From: Verrucomicrobiia bacterium | GTDB lineage: Bacteria > Verrucomicrobiota > Verrucomicrobiia > Limisphaerales > DSYF01 | Assembly (NCBI GenBank): GCA_035765895.1 | Contig: DASTWL010000010.1 | Location: 7,281 to 71,280 of the forward strand | Direction of reading: 5' to 3' | Length of the DNA stretch: 64,000 nt | Part shown: in pieces, positions 8,754 to 20,395 of the stretch | How the letters are laid out: the number at the start of each line of letters is the position of its first letter | Position numbering within the stretch: position 1 is the first letter of the stretch | Translations under genes and position numbers: made by a program | The notes under the pieces: model-generated | Told to the model about the DNA's origin: nothing | What the model saw: only the letters and a program-made list of their open reading frames with translations | Databases searched by the model: none

Positions 8754-10598
8754 TCATTCTGCTTGCACCCGGTAAAGCCCCGCGCCGTGCCGGGGCAGGG
8801 TCTGTTCAAACGTTTCTTTGACCGGGCCCAAATCCCTGCCCTGCCAGAGATCCCGCACCGCCACCGCGCCCGTGAACCCCAGATCTCGCAGCGAAACCCG
8901 CACCGGCTTGCTGGCCAGCGCAGGCGGACGCTGGGTGAAAACCATGAAGTTGACCGTCGCTCCGCCGATGGTTTGCCCGGTCCCGCTGTCATCCAGTCCA
9001 GCCCGCGCCTGGAAACGCGTGTAGCCCGGCGGCAAATCATAGACAATCAGCGAGGCGGCGTGCGTGCCGATCCCGTCCGCAACGGGCTGGCCGTCGATCG
9101 TCAACGGCGAACCGGCCGCCGAGCGGCCAAGCAGCACGCTTCCCCAACCGCACGTGGCGGAGCGCCATTTGAGCTGGGTGAGCTTAAGCACGCCCCGCGG
9201 TCCGATCAGCCGCGGCTCCGCCCAATCCGCGTGGTCACACACAAACCCATCGCCCCCCGTGCTCACGGCCAGATACAGTTGACGGGCTCCAGTGATGTCC
9301 ACATCCACCGGCACCGCGTGGCCGGGCGTTGCTCGCGTCACCAGCGGACTGCTCCAGGCCGCACCTTCCGGCGTCAACTCTTCGGCGCCCACCGAGAACA
9401 GGGCCAGATATTTGGCGGTGGAACCGGGCACATCGGCAACCCACGCCGCCTGGTCGTCATTTAGGAAAATTTGCCGGTTGTTGGCGCTGCGTTGGTTGAC
9501 CGACAACACTTCACGATTGGTGATCAATCCGAGCGTGAAGGCATCCGTATCCGGCAAATTCCCGCCCAGCATCAGGGGACAGCGACCGATCGCCCACAAG
9601 GTGACCAGGGTCCGTTGTTCATCGTGCGTCAGCAGATTGGTTCGCGCCGGTCCGGTGGGCGGACCCGTGAGACGCAATTGCCCCAGCGGCAGCATGTCCG
9701 GATCCGGCCAGTGCCCGTGGCCGATTTGCGGCTCCCACTCGTGCAGAATGCCGAAGGCGCTGCGCACCTGCGGCCATTGGTCCCACAAATCACCCAACAA
9801 GCGCCACATGTTGGCATGACTCGCGACGTGCCCGGCCACGCTCACCGGCGTGGGTCCCGGCGAAAGGCTCAACACAACAGGCCGGCCGCACTGATCGATC
9901 GCCCGGCGATACCCTTCCACCTCGGCCTGATCGTAGGGCGTGCTCAGGTCATCAACCTTGATGAAGTCCACCCCCCACGAGGCATAAAGGTCCAGCAGCG
10001 AGTTGAGGTAGGCCTGGGCGCCAGGCAGGTCCATTTTCAACCCGACCATGTGGTTCAACCACGGACAGGGATTGTTCATGTCGGCGACCTGATCAGCGGT
10101 GGCGTCGGACTTGGCAACGGGGCACTTCGCCGCCACCGCCTGTTTGGGAATGCCGCGCATCACATGAATACCGAACTTCAGCCCGAGCGAGTGGACGTAG
10201 TCAGCCAAAGGCTTGAATCCTGCGCCCTGCGCCGCCGAGGGAAAACGGGCTTCATCGGGCAGCAGGCGCCCGTGGGCATCCATGTTCAGGCGGGGATGAA
10301 AATCCGGCGACTGCTCGGGCGCAAAGCCGGCGCCGGGCAGGTCCGGCGCCGACCAGACGTAATCCACCACCACATATTGCCAGCCGGATTCCTTGAGATG
10401 CGCCGCCATGTAATCCGCATTCTCACGCACCTGCGCTTCGTTCACCTTGTAGCCGTAGCAGTCGTAACTGTTCCAGCCCATCGGCGGCGTTGGCGCCCAG
10501 GTCAGAAACGCGGCCTCGTCGGCGGCCTGCGCCCCCGCGGCCAGCAGGAGACTCACCGCCAGTGGAACGTGCGCCAGGAGGTTGAATTTTTTTGTCAT
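8754..10598 (-). CDS. GH27-family alpha-galactosidase-like enzyme with C-terminal NPCBM carbohydrate-binding domain
   Basis: The track start at 10637 is a GTG forming a GTGA overlap with the upstream stop. I prefer ATG at 10598, which gives a clean signal peptide MTKKFNLLAHVPLAVSLLLAAGAQA. GH27 signatures: PPMGWNSYDCYG and DFIKVDD. NPCBM-like C-terminal region: CDHADWAEPRLIG and GWGSVLLGRS..LTIDGQPVADGIGTHA. Confidence 0.85.
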   Translation of the reverse strand: MTKKFNLLAHVPLAVSLLLAAGAQAADEAAFLTWAPTPPMGWNSYDCYGYKVNEAQVRENADYMAAHLKESGWQYVVVDYVWSAPDLPGAGFAPEQSPDFHPRLNMDAHGRLLPDEARFPSAAQGAGFKPLADYVHSLGLKFGIHVMRGIPKQAVAAKCPVAKSDATADQVADMNNPCPWLNHMVGLKMDLPGAQAYLNSLLDLYASWGVDFIKVDDLSTPYDQAEVEGYRRAIDQCGRPVVLSLSPGPTPVSVAGHVASHANMWRLLGDLWDQWPQVRSAFGILHEWEPQIGHGHWPDPDMLPLGQLRLTGPPTGPARTNLLTHDEQRTLVTLWAIGRCPLMLGGNLPDTDAFTLGLITNREVLSVNQRSANNRQIFLNDDQAAWVADVPGSTAKYLALFSVGAEELTPEGAAWSSPLVTRATPGHAVPVDVDITGARQLYLAVSTGGDGFVCDHADWAEPRLIGPRGVLKLTQLKWRSATCGWGSVLLGRSAAGSPLTIDGQPVADGIGTHAASLIVYDLPPGYTRFQARAGLDDSGTGQTIGGATVNFMVFTQRPPALASKPVRVSLRDLGFTGAVAVRDLWQGRDLGPVKETFEQTLPRHGAGLYRVQAE

Positions 10599-10633
10599 AA
10601 TGTGTGACTTCACGTGCCGCCCGGAAAAATCCG

Positions 10634-12250
<1,617 letters not shown>

Positions 12251-12282
12251 GGTTCGTTAATCGTCCGTGAAATTGCCATGGA

Positions 12283-14814
12283 TCACTTCACCTGCCATTC
12301 CAAAATGCCGCCCGAAAAGTCTGGTCGAAGCTGAACTTCCAGGCGCAGGGCCGTGGTTTGCACCGTATCAAAGGTCGCGTGATTGAACTCATTGCTGGCA
12401 ATGGGTGGCATTTTGGCGTTCGCAACTTCACGCCACTGGTCGCCATCGCGGTAGAGAATCTTCCATGATGCCGGCAGGCGGCATTGACCGTTTCCGGCAT
12501 CATCGAACCAATACACCGAAGCACGGGAAATCTTCATGGGACTGGCAAAGTCGTATTGCACCCACTCGGCGGTCCCGAGATGTGGCCACCAAGTCATGCG
12601 CGGGATGTCATGGTCGTTGGAGTTGCGAGGCTCCAAGCCGTCACCCAGCGCCTCGACAGTGTCACCTCCAAAAACATGCGAGGCGCTTGCCTTGTAGCGG
12701 GATGGTCTGGACTGAACCGGCGCGATCCAATCGTGTGCGTTGGGGCCATTTCCGATGACGGGGAACATTGAAATGCGCAAACGGGCCGCACCCATGGGAA
12801 TCAGGGTGACCTCTTCGATGGGCTCGCCGGACCGCACCGGACTCGGCTGAAGTTTGGCCACCATGTGATGTGAGTCGGCCTGCCAGTTCGGAATCTTGCG
12901 CGCCCTGGCCTTCAACGAAATCGGCGCGTTTTCGGGAGTCCACGGCTGCGCCATGATCGGGCCGGGTTTGCGAATGACGCTGAACGCTTTTTTGTCCAGC
13001 ACAAGACCGTAGTTCCATGGCGTTTCGGCGAAAACTTCCCACTCCGGCCAGTCCCCGGTGTGGCCCCCATACTTCTCCCAGCGTTCCTCGATGGCCAGCG
13101 AGTAACTCAACGGGCCGCGGCTGACGGAGACGGCATTCTGATTCTTCACCCAGTCGTGAGTGCTAATCTTCATCGGAAGTTGGAGCGTGATCGTGTCGCC
13201 ATCCCTCCATTCGCGCTCCAGCACCACGAACGCCAGCGGCCTGGGTTTCACTTGCACATTCCGGCCATTGATTTGCACCGAAGCTGTCTCGCACCAGCGT
13301 GGCACACGCAGATACAGCGGGAAGCTCACCGTTTTCGGAACGGCCACCTTGAAACGGATGACCTCGTCAAACGGGTAATCGGTCTGTTCCGAGATGGTGA
13401 CAACCGTGCCGTCGCCCACGTGGGCCCGCACCTCGCTGGCCGCATAAAGGGAGGCGCACAGCCCGTTGTCGGGCGTCGCGAGCCAGAGATTCTCCGCGTA
13501 ATAAGGCCAGCCGTGCGACACATTGTGCTGGCAGCAGCGATACACCGCGAACGGACTGTAGCTGAACATCGTCCCCCCGTTCTGAATGCCCGGCGATTTG
13601 TTTTCGCGGTCGAGCTGAATCTGATTGGCACAGGTGATGTAATGCAGGCCCTTCTGATCAGGCGTCATGGCTGCGGGAAAACTGTTAAACGCGATGTCCT
13701 CGCACCGATCAACCCAGACCGGGTCGCCGGTGATCTTCATCAGCATCTCGAAACTGTGCATGAATTCTACGATGCCGCAGGTCTCAATGCCGCCACGCGG
13801 ATCCACAAAACCTTCGCGGCAATTTTCGTCACCGGCGAAACCACCGCCGGGAAACTGGCCATACAGGCTCATGAGCTTGGTGTAGTTCTGCTCTGCCGAG
13901 GCCAGATGAGCGGGATCCCTGGTCACCATCCAGGCCACGGTTCCGGCGCGAAAACCCTGGGCCAGATTTACGTTGTGCCAGTCGACAATGCCCTCGTCCC
14001 AGCGGGCCATGCCTTGGTGAATCCTTTTCGCCAGGTCGAGCAGCCAGGGCTCACCGGTGCGATTGTAAAGCCAGAGGGCGCTTTCAATGTTGTCGCCGGC
14101 ACGAAGCTTCGGCCAGTAGCCTTCACCAAACGCGTTCGCCGGCAGCGTGCTTTCCCACTTCAGATAGCGCGTCATCACTTCAATCACGCGCGGGTCTCCG
14201 CTGAATTCATAATAACTTTGCAGGGCATTCAGCATGACCATGTGCGGCCAGAGATCGGGCTTGCCATTGAGCGAGGTGAGCAACGCGCGCGGACCGAACC
14301 AGCCGTCCTCGCGTTGCGACGCCATGGCGGCCTCAATCCATTTCTGCGCCTCTGCAATTATTTGCCGGTCGCCGAGCACGTAACCGAGATCCCCGTAACC
14401 TTTCAGCCAGTAAGGCATTTCTTCCCAGCCGGCCCCACCCTGACCATCCGTGCTTGTCCAGGCACTCTTGTCGAACTCCAGCCAGGGCGAAACTTCCTTG
14501 AGCCGTCCCGTCATTCCGTCCCGCTCCAACTCGAGTTGATGCCGCAGCCAGCCTCTGGGAGTGATGCTCCCGATGGGCAGCTTCACAAAGGGGCTGGGCG
14601 CGAGCGGGGCGCGGTTCGCGGTATAAAAGGCGTTGGTGCCCGCCGTCTCCGGAAGGTTCGCGACGGCAACAGATGCATGTCCGGCCTGCACGGCAAGGGT
14701 CAGTGCGATGACGATGGCGTGAAGAGCCGTTCGATTCATGAAGAATGCAAACATTGACGGCTGAGGATTGAATCCATTCATGACAATTTTCTGCTCGCCG
14801 CGCGAATTCCTCAT
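12283..14814 (-). CDS. GH127/GH146-like beta-L-arabinofuranosidase-family glycosidase (DUF1680) with C-terminal discoidin domain
   Basis: ATG at 14814 forms an ATGA overlap with the upstream stop. ATG at 14739 is an alternative (MNRTALHAIVIALTLAVQAGHA). The Zn/Cys-nucleophile signature of GH127 is present: GGIETCGIVEF (E-x-C), then YRCCQHN 83 residues later. I recall the comparable spacing in the characterised B. longum enzyme as ~79. C-terminal discoidin-like module WWPHLGTAEWVQYDF, ending GILEWQVK. Confidence 0.8.
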   Translation of the reverse strand: MRNSRGEQKIVMNGFNPQPSMFAFFMNRTALHAIVIALTLAVQAGHASVAVANLPETAGTNAFYTANRAPLAPSPFVKLPIGSITPRGWLRHQLELERDGMTGRLKEVSPWLEFDKSAWTSTDGQGGAGWEEMPYWLKGYGDLGYVLGDRQIIAEAQKWIEAAMASQREDGWFGPRALLTSLNGKPDLWPHMVMLNALQSYYEFSGDPRVIEVMTRYLKWESTLPANAFGEGYWPKLRAGDNIESALWLYNRTGEPWLLDLAKRIHQGMARWDEGIVDWHNVNLAQGFRAGTVAWMVTRDPAHLASAEQNYTKLMSLYGQFPGGGFAGDENCREGFVDPRGGIETCGIVEFMHSFEMLMKITGDPVWVDRCEDIAFNSFPAAMTPDQKGLHYITCANQIQLDRENKSPGIQNGGTMFSYSPFAVYRCCQHNVSHGWPYYAENLWLATPDNGLCASLYAASEVRAHVGDGTVVTISEQTDYPFDEVIRFKVAVPKTVSFPLYLRVPRWCETASVQINGRNVQVKPRPLAFVVLEREWRDGDTITLQLPMKISTHDWVKNQNAVSVSRGPLSYSLAIEERWEKYGGHTGDWPEWEVFAETPWNYGLVLDKKAFSVIRKPGPIMAQPWTPENAPISLKARARKIPNWQADSHHMVAKLQPSPVRSGEPIEEVTLIPMGAARLRISMFPVIGNGPNAHDWIAPVQSRPSRYKASASHVFGGDTVEALGDGLEPRNSNDHDIPRMTWWPHLGTAEWVQYDFASPMKISRASVYWFDDAGNGQCRLPASWKILYRDGDQWREVANAKMPPIASNEFNHATFDTVQTTALRLEVQLRPDFSGGILEWQVK

Positions 14815-16577
14815 GGTGCTTTGAAGACTTGGATTTCCGACAACCCAATGTTCGGGCTGCCGCTTTTCACACCGGTGACGACAAACATCAGCCAGTCCAC
14901 CTTTCTGGTCGGGAAACTGACTTCGAGTCCTTGTTTGGCGTCGTCCGGCAACGCGCCGGTCTTGATGGTGGAACCATCGCTGAACACCAACATGCCGGAC
15001 GTGATTTGATCGAGCTCATTGGGCCGGTCAAAAAGCGTCACCCGGTTGATGGTCTGAGGCCGGTTCCAGGACAGGCGCAACATGGCGGTGTCTTGTTCCC
15101 CGTTGCTGGCCCATTCATCGCGAATGTCACCGGGATATCCGCCCACCACGCCATCAATGGCACCAGCGGCCGAGTAGCCGGGAAACGTGGAACTGACGGT
15201 CACCCTCGCGTCCCGCGCCAGGTTGTGCGCGGGTCCGGCTGTGGGCGGCATATCGGTCGGCGTCAGCAATCGCACCTCCTGCCAGCACATGGCATAGCGG
15301 CTCCCGGGGGGGAGTGACTGGAAGGTGGTCCCGCCCCACCCGGAGCTGAAGTTGGCCGCGTAACACAGCCAAAGCGTGCGCCCATCTTCACTGATGAACT
15401 TGGAGGGGATGTTGACGAAATAGGCCTGTTCCCCGAAATCCTTCAAATAGGCGACCAGCTTCCACGGGCCGGCGGGATCACCCGCCTCAAGGATGTAGGT
15501 GCTGTAACGCGAGACCGTGTTGCCACCGTCCGTCACGCACATGAGGTATTTCCGCAGCGGTGCGTCGTAGGTCATGGTCACGCAGCCCATGTGATCACGC
15601 CACTCGGCAACCGGTTGGATCCGCTCGAAATCGCGGCTCCAAACGGCGGCCCCGGACTCGTTGCGCCCCGCAAAAAACTCATACTTTGAGGCATCGTTCA
15701 TGTTCTCGATGCCGGGCGTCACGCGGGTCAAATAGGCCTGGTCGGCCGTGATCCAACTGTCGTAGGCGAAGCGGCGATCCTTCCCATCACTGGCGCCTTG
15801 AGCGACAAGGTAGGCCTTGCCGTCGGGCGAGTGCTCCAGGTTGCGACCGAAGTCCACGAAATGCGGAGCGCCGATCTTAACCGGCTCGCCGTTCAATGCC
15901 TGCTCGCCAAAAAGCGGTTTGGCCGGCGTGCAGGGTGTCTCCGTCCAGCTCCGGCCATAGTTGGTGGACCAGCGAAAGCCGACAAACGGCCCAAGCCATG
16001 GCCAGTTGTAAATAATGCCGTCACGCCGGATGCCGCCGCCGGGATGCAGACAATACGTTCCGTAATACCACACCCCATCGTAAACCAGCGAACCGCAGGG
16101 ATAACGTCCTTCGTAGGGCCTGGGGCTGGAGGCAAAAACCCCCTGGTTGGTGACCACCAGGTGGAGCGGGTCATCACCCAGGAGGGTGGCATGTCCGGTG
16201 GTCGCATTTTCCCCGGCGGAACTTGAGCCAAGTCCGTTCACGTTCCCATCGGTCCATGGCGAGTAGAGATTTCCATCCGCCGCCCAGGAGGGATACCACG
16301 TGTCGGCACCGGTATATTCCGCGTGCCGGCCAGTGAAGCCGATCCCGACAAGTGTTTCAGATTTCGGAAACGGACAGTCTTCGGGCGGGCGCGAAGGCCA
16401 GACACGGATGCGCTGCGGCGGCGGTGCGGCCACAAGGCGCTGCGTGACACCTGCGCCAGCCTCCGTTGCCATCGGCAATTCGGCGGCGACGATTGACCAC
16501 TGGCTGGCACAAGCGCATACCAAGGACGCAACCGCCAGATTTCGGAGGAAGGCTCCGTTCAAAGAATTTGATTTCAT
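14811..16577 (-). CDS. Secreted beta-propeller (sialidase/BNR-like, possibly DUF4185-like) putative glycoside hydrolase with C-terminal discoidin domain
   Basis: The track ORF extends to 16796, but that N-terminus is R/G-rich and overlaps the neighbour. ATG at 16577 gives MKSNSLNGAFLRNLAVASLVCACASQWSIVAAE (signal peptide). One Asp-box-like motif is present (WSTNYGRSWTE). Propeller-like repeats include TWYPSWAADGNLYSPWTDG. C-terminal discoidin module ends GLSEIQVFKAP. The family assignment is tentative. Confidence 0.75.
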   Translation of the reverse strand: MKSNSLNGAFLRNLAVASLVCACASQWSIVAAELPMATEAGAGVTQRLVAAPPPQRIRVWPSRPPEDCPFPKSETLVGIGFTGRHAEYTGADTWYPSWAADGNLYSPWTDGNVNGLGSSSAGENATTGHATLLGDDPLHLVVTNQGVFASSPRPYEGRYPCGSLVYDGVWYYGTYCLHPGGGIRRDGIIYNWPWLGPFVGFRWSTNYGRSWTETPCTPAKPLFGEQALNGEPVKIGAPHFVDFGRNLEHSPDGKAYLVAQGASDGKDRRFAYDSWITADQAYLTRVTPGIENMNDASKYEFFAGRNESGAAVWSRDFERIQPVAEWRDHMGCVTMTYDAPLRKYLMCVTDGGNTVSRYSTYILEAGDPAGPWKLVAYLKDFGEQAYFVNIPSKFISEDGRTLWLCYAANFSSGWGGTTFQSLPPGSRYAMCWQEVRLLTPTDMPPTAGPAHNLARDARVTVSSTFPGYSAAGAIDGVVGGYPGDIRDEWASNGEQDTAMLRLSWNRPQTINRVTLFDRPNELDQITSGMLVFSDGSTIKTGALPDDAKQGLEVSFPTRKVDWLMFVVTGVKSGSPNIGLSEIQVFKAP

Positions 16578-16650
16578 GGATGTCGCACCTCCAAGACGAC
16601 CCCCCCGCAAAAGGTGATCCATTCGCCAGACGATTGGGTGAGACATGGCA

Positions 16651-17580
16651 CTACCTCGTTGCACCTGTGATTTTGACTGAGGTTTTGGACTGGATCCAAT
16701 CAATGTCCATGTTGCCCGGCGAAGGCCAGCCCCAATGCGTGGGTTGCGAGGTGCGCGCGTCCCTCCATTTGTGGATCTCCGAATGGCCGTCCGCAAAAGA
16801 GAAACTCCCCGCTAGATTGTGGTAGGTGGCAGGCACATCAATGAAGTTCTTTCCGGGCAGATAATTCGGATCGTAGTAGTTCATGTCCGTCAGGAAAAAG
16901 CCGTCGTTGATGGATTTCTCACTCTCATCAAGGATGACAAAGACATTGCTTGGGCCAGGACTGGCCAGATCATTCATTTTCCGGTAAACCACGTAGCCCG
17001 GAATCTGAAAGTCGAGCGGTTGATCTTTTGCGCGCCCTGCGATGTAACCGTTCATGGAGACGCTCCGACAAACCGGCGTGCCCTGGGAGCCCGGGCGGGT
17101 GCTTGTCCGCCGGTCGCCCGGACATTTGAAAACCTTGACGTTGCCCGCCAGAAACGGACTCAGCGGGCTGGTTTTGAGATAATTCGGAAGATCGATAAAA
17201 TCTGCGCTGGCCGGATTATCGACCAAGCCGTTCAACCAAGTGCGGGATCCCAGCGCCACATCGTCGCCGTCCGAACCATACTGGATCCAAGCCAACGTGA
17301 TCTGCCGGGTGTTGTTCATGCACATGATGGCTTGAGACTTTATTTTGGCCTTCGCCAAGGCAGGAAGCAGTAGCGCCGCCAAAATGGCAATGATCGCAAT
17401 GACAACCAGAAGTTCAATGAGCGTAAAACCTGTGCTCGCTGCCGAACATTCAGGCAGGTGACCACAGCATGCCCCGCCCCGGCGTGTCTTGTCGGAGCCG
17501 GATGGTGCTAACACAACTTCGTCTCTTCCACACATAAAGGTTTGGCGGTAACGAACGACTTGCATCGCCGGTTTTCGCAT
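16651..17580 (-). CDS. Prepilin-type N-terminal cleavage/methylation-domain protein of the DUF1559 (H-X9-DG) pseudopilin class
   Basis: Class III signal/pseudopilin motif [30 protein letters not shown]-terminal [13 protein letters not shown] resembles the H-X9-DG region. The start codon is uncertain: ATG at 17580 would give an unusually long ~50-aa leader, and internal ATG/GTG starts are possible. Confidence 0.8.
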   Translation of the reverse strand: MRKPAMQVVRYRQTFMCGRDEVVLAPSGSDKTRRGGACCGHLPECSAASTGFTLIELLVVIAIIAILAALLLPALAKAKIKSQAIMCMNNTRQITLAWIQYGSDGDDVALGSRTWLNGLVDNPASADFIDLPNYLKTSPLSPFLAGNVKVFKCPGDRRTSTRPGSQGTPVCRSVSMNGYIAGRAKDQPLDFQIPGYVVYRKMNDLASPGPSNVFVILDESEKSINDGFFLTDMNYYDPNYLPGKNFIDVPATYHNLAGSFSFADGHSEIHKWRDARTSQPTHWGWPSPGNMDIDWIQSKTSVKITGATR

Positions 17581-17736
17581 GACTCAGGCGAAGCCAATTG
17601 GCCCCGCTGCGGGGGCACATTATCCCACACTGCCATTGCTGAACCAACCGAGGGTCGCATACCGCCCGGATGACGCACTACTGCACATTTTATGAAAACT
17701 TGTGGATTCCTTACACGCCATTCGAACACGAGCGCT

Positions 17737-18675
17737 TCAGTAGTCCCAATCCTGGTTGCAAACCGGGCCCAAAAGTTTCCGGACTTGCGCCACAAGGGCT
17801 GCGTCAAAAGGTTCTTCCGACCAAAGGACGTTCCGTTGGACTGCTTCAGAACTGGCGGAACTGAACAAGGTTGTCGGAATCTCCGGATGCTGGCTCGCAA
17901 ACTGCAGGGCAAGTTTGCTGATACACGTTCCCCTGCTCCGGCAATATTCGGCGGCCCGCCTGAAGACGGCGCGATCCTCCGGCGTCGCCGGATGCCAGTC
18001 GGCCGGACCTCGATCAGTGAGCAGTGCACTGGCAAAAGGCGAGGCGTTAATCAGCCCAACCCCTCTCTCCTTGGCAAGCGGCAACAATTCCAACAGGCGC
18101 GTGTCGTTCAGGCAGTAGTGATTGTGGACGAGCGCCACATCAATGTCGCAGTCGCGGAAAATCCGGTGCCATAGATCCATCGGGTAAGTGCCAAAACTCA
18201 CCGCGCCGATGCGCCCCTCGCTTTTCAGCGCGTGAAGTGTGGCGAGCCCCTCTTGCAATGCCCATTCGGTGTGTCGGCGGCCCTCATATTCAATGTCGTG
18301 GATGTGGATAATGTCGAAATAGTCCGTTCCCAGGCGCGTCGCGCTTTCTTCGAGGGATTGGCGGATGCGAACCGCGGAGTAATCGAAGGAATCTTTGCCA
18401 TACTTCCCGGGACTGGTGTATTTGCCAATCTTGGTTGAAATGACGTATTGGCTCCGCGGAATGCCTTTGAGGGCCCGGCCCAACAGCGTCTCCGCGCGCG
18501 TGCCGCCGTAGGCCGGTGCGACGTCGAAGTAGTTGATGCCACAATCGAGCGCGGCATACACAGCGCGGATGGCATCCGCCTCTGGCACGACATGAAAGAC
18601 GCCGCCCAGCGACGACGCACCAAAGCTCAGGCGCGACACCCTCAAACCGGTTTTACCCAGGAAATTGTGCTTCAT
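17737..18675 (-). CDS. Aldo/keto reductase (L-galactose/L-fucose-type aldose 1-dehydrogenase candidate)
   Basis: ATG start with N-terminus MKHNFLGKTGLRVSRLSFGASSLGGVF. AKR blocks INYFDVAPAYG, VISTKIG, DIIHIHDIE. Confidence 0.85.
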   Translation of the reverse strand: MKHNFLGKTGLRVSRLSFGASSLGGVFHVVPEADAIRAVYAALDCGINYFDVAPAYGGTRAETLLGRALKGIPRSQYVISTKIGKYTSPGKYGKDSFDYSAVRIRQSLEESATRLGTDYFDIIHIHDIEYEGRRHTEWALQEGLATLHALKSEGRIGAVSFGTYPMDLWHRIFRDCDIDVALVHNHYCLNDTRLLELLPLAKERGVGLINASPFASALLTDRGPADWHPATPEDRAVFRRAAEYCRSRGTCISKLALQFASQHPEIPTTLFSSASSEAVQRNVLWSEEPFDAALVAQVRKLLGPVCNQDWDY

Positions 18676-18696
18676 CGTGGATGCTCACCCCGCTCT

Positions 18697-20391
18697 TCAG
18701 CGCAGAAAAACATACAACCCGCCCACCGTGAGCAGGAGTATCACGGTCACAATCCGCGGATCCCCCACTCCCGTCACCGGACCTTTGAGAAATGCGAGCG
18801 GATGATCCCAACACACCTTGGCAACAGCCGCCTGGTCCATCGCGGGCGTCAGCAAACTCGTGACGATGTAGATCACCACACATAGGACCGCGATGATCGG
18901 GCCGACGAGCATGAACGGAATGCCCAGGCCTTGAACCGGGTCGCTTACCAACCCGCCAAAGCCCGCGTGCGTTGCGTGGCCCAAAATCATCTTCCCCATG
19001 GCCGGCAGGTCCGCCAGAAAATAGATCACGCCAACCGCTGCCCCGGCATAGAGGGTGGTCATCGCAGCCTGCCAGTTGCCTCGCTTCCAGATGAGCCCCA
19101 ACAACAACACCGTCGTGACCGCCGGCGCAAACGTCATGGGAATCTTGTTGATGGCCTCAAAAATCGTGCCGAACTGATCGCCCTGCGTGGACCACAGCAT
19201 GGCCAGCAGCATGACTATGCCGGTGGTGATGCGGCCGATGGTCACCACGCGCGCATCCGGCATGTCCGGACGCGACCGCTTGATGATGTCCATCGAGATG
19301 AGGGTGGCACAACTGTTCAGACCCGCCGCGATCGTGCTCATCAGCGCCGCCGCCATCCCCGCCGCCAGCAATCCCTTCAATCCGGCCGGAACGAGATGAT
19401 TGATGAGCATTGGAAGCATCGTGTTGTAATCCGGATTGTTTGTGCCGGGGACGGTCCCAAGCTGAAACGCTCCTCTTTGCCAGAGCACGCCCCCCACCAC
19501 GCCGGGCAGCACCATCAGAAAGACCGGAGTGATCTTCAGAAAGCCGGCAAACAACGCGCCATTCTGACCTTCCTTGATCGTGCGGGCAGCCAGCACGCGC
19601 TGCACCAGGGTTTGATCGGCGCACCAATACCAGATGCCCAGGATCGGATAGCCCAAGACCACCGCCAGCCAGGAATACTCATTCAGATGACCTTCCGCGT
19701 TTACCACGGGCCGCAACATGCTCAGCTGTCCCGGGTTCACCGCTTCCTTGAAGGACGCCACATCGTTGACACCAACCGATGGCAGGGCGCGAATCGCCAG
19801 GATCGTCACCAGCGCTGCGCCGAATAGCAGCAACCCCGCTTGAATGTTCTCGGTCAGCACCACCGCCTTGAGTCCCCCCAGCGCCGTGTAAACCACCGTG
19901 AACAGCGACAAGACGACGATTGACGTGATCATCGGGACACCCAGAAAACTCTCGAATACTTTGGCCGCGGCAAAAAGGCTGATGCCAATGTGAATCAGCA
20001 AGGCCCCAAGAATCCCGATCACGGCGAGGAAGGTTCGCGCGGAGGGACAATAGCGGCGTTCCATGAACTCCGGCAGGGTGTGGGCGCTGGATCTGATGTA
20101 AAACGGAGCAAACACGAGCGCCAGCAGCATCAACGTGAAGCACGCCATCCATTCGAAGTTGCCAATCACCATCCCGCTGCTTGCGCCGCCCGCCGCAAGT
20201 CCCACCAAATGGATGGTCGAGATGTTTGACGTGAAAACCGCCGCGCCGACGGTGAACCAGCCGAGCGATTTGTTCGCCAGAAAATACTGGTCCGTCGACG
20301 CGTTGCGACGGAAACCGGTCCAGATGCCAAACGCCGTGATGCCAATCAGGTAGGCGGCGATTACGGCCACATCAATCATCGATACATTCAT
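18697..20391 (-). CDS. Sodium:solute symporter (SSS/SGLT family) sugar transporter
   Basis: ATG start, 564 aa, ~13-14 hydrophobic segments. SSS-like N-terminus DVAVIAAYLIGITAFGIW..YFLANKSLGWF. Confidence 0.9.
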   Translation of the reverse strand: MNVSMIDVAVIAAYLIGITAFGIWTGFRRNASTDQYFLANKSLGWFTVGAAVFTSNISTIHLVGLAAGGASSGMVIGNFEWMACFTLMLLALVFAPFYIRSSAHTLPEFMERRYCPSARTFLAVIGILGALLIHIGISLFAAAKVFESFLGVPMITSIVVLSLFTVVYTALGGLKAVVLTENIQAGLLLFGAALVTILAIRALPSVGVNDVASFKEAVNPGQLSMLRPVVNAEGHLNEYSWLAVVLGYPILGIWYWCADQTLVQRVLAARTIKEGQNGALFAGFLKITPVFLMVLPGVVGGVLWQRGAFQLGTVPGTNNPDYNTMLPMLINHLVPAGLKGLLAAGMAAALMSTIAAGLNSCATLISMDIIKRSRPDMPDARVVTIGRITTGIVMLLAMLWSTQGDQFGTIFEAINKIPMTFAPAVTTVLLLGLIWKRGNWQAAMTTLYAGAAVGVIYFLADLPAMGKMILGHATHAGFGGLVSDPVQGLGIPFMLVGPIIAVLCVVIYIVTSLLTPAMDQAAVAKVCWDHPLAFLKGPVTGVGDPRIVTVILLLTVGGLYVFLR

Positions 20392-20395
20392 GCGT

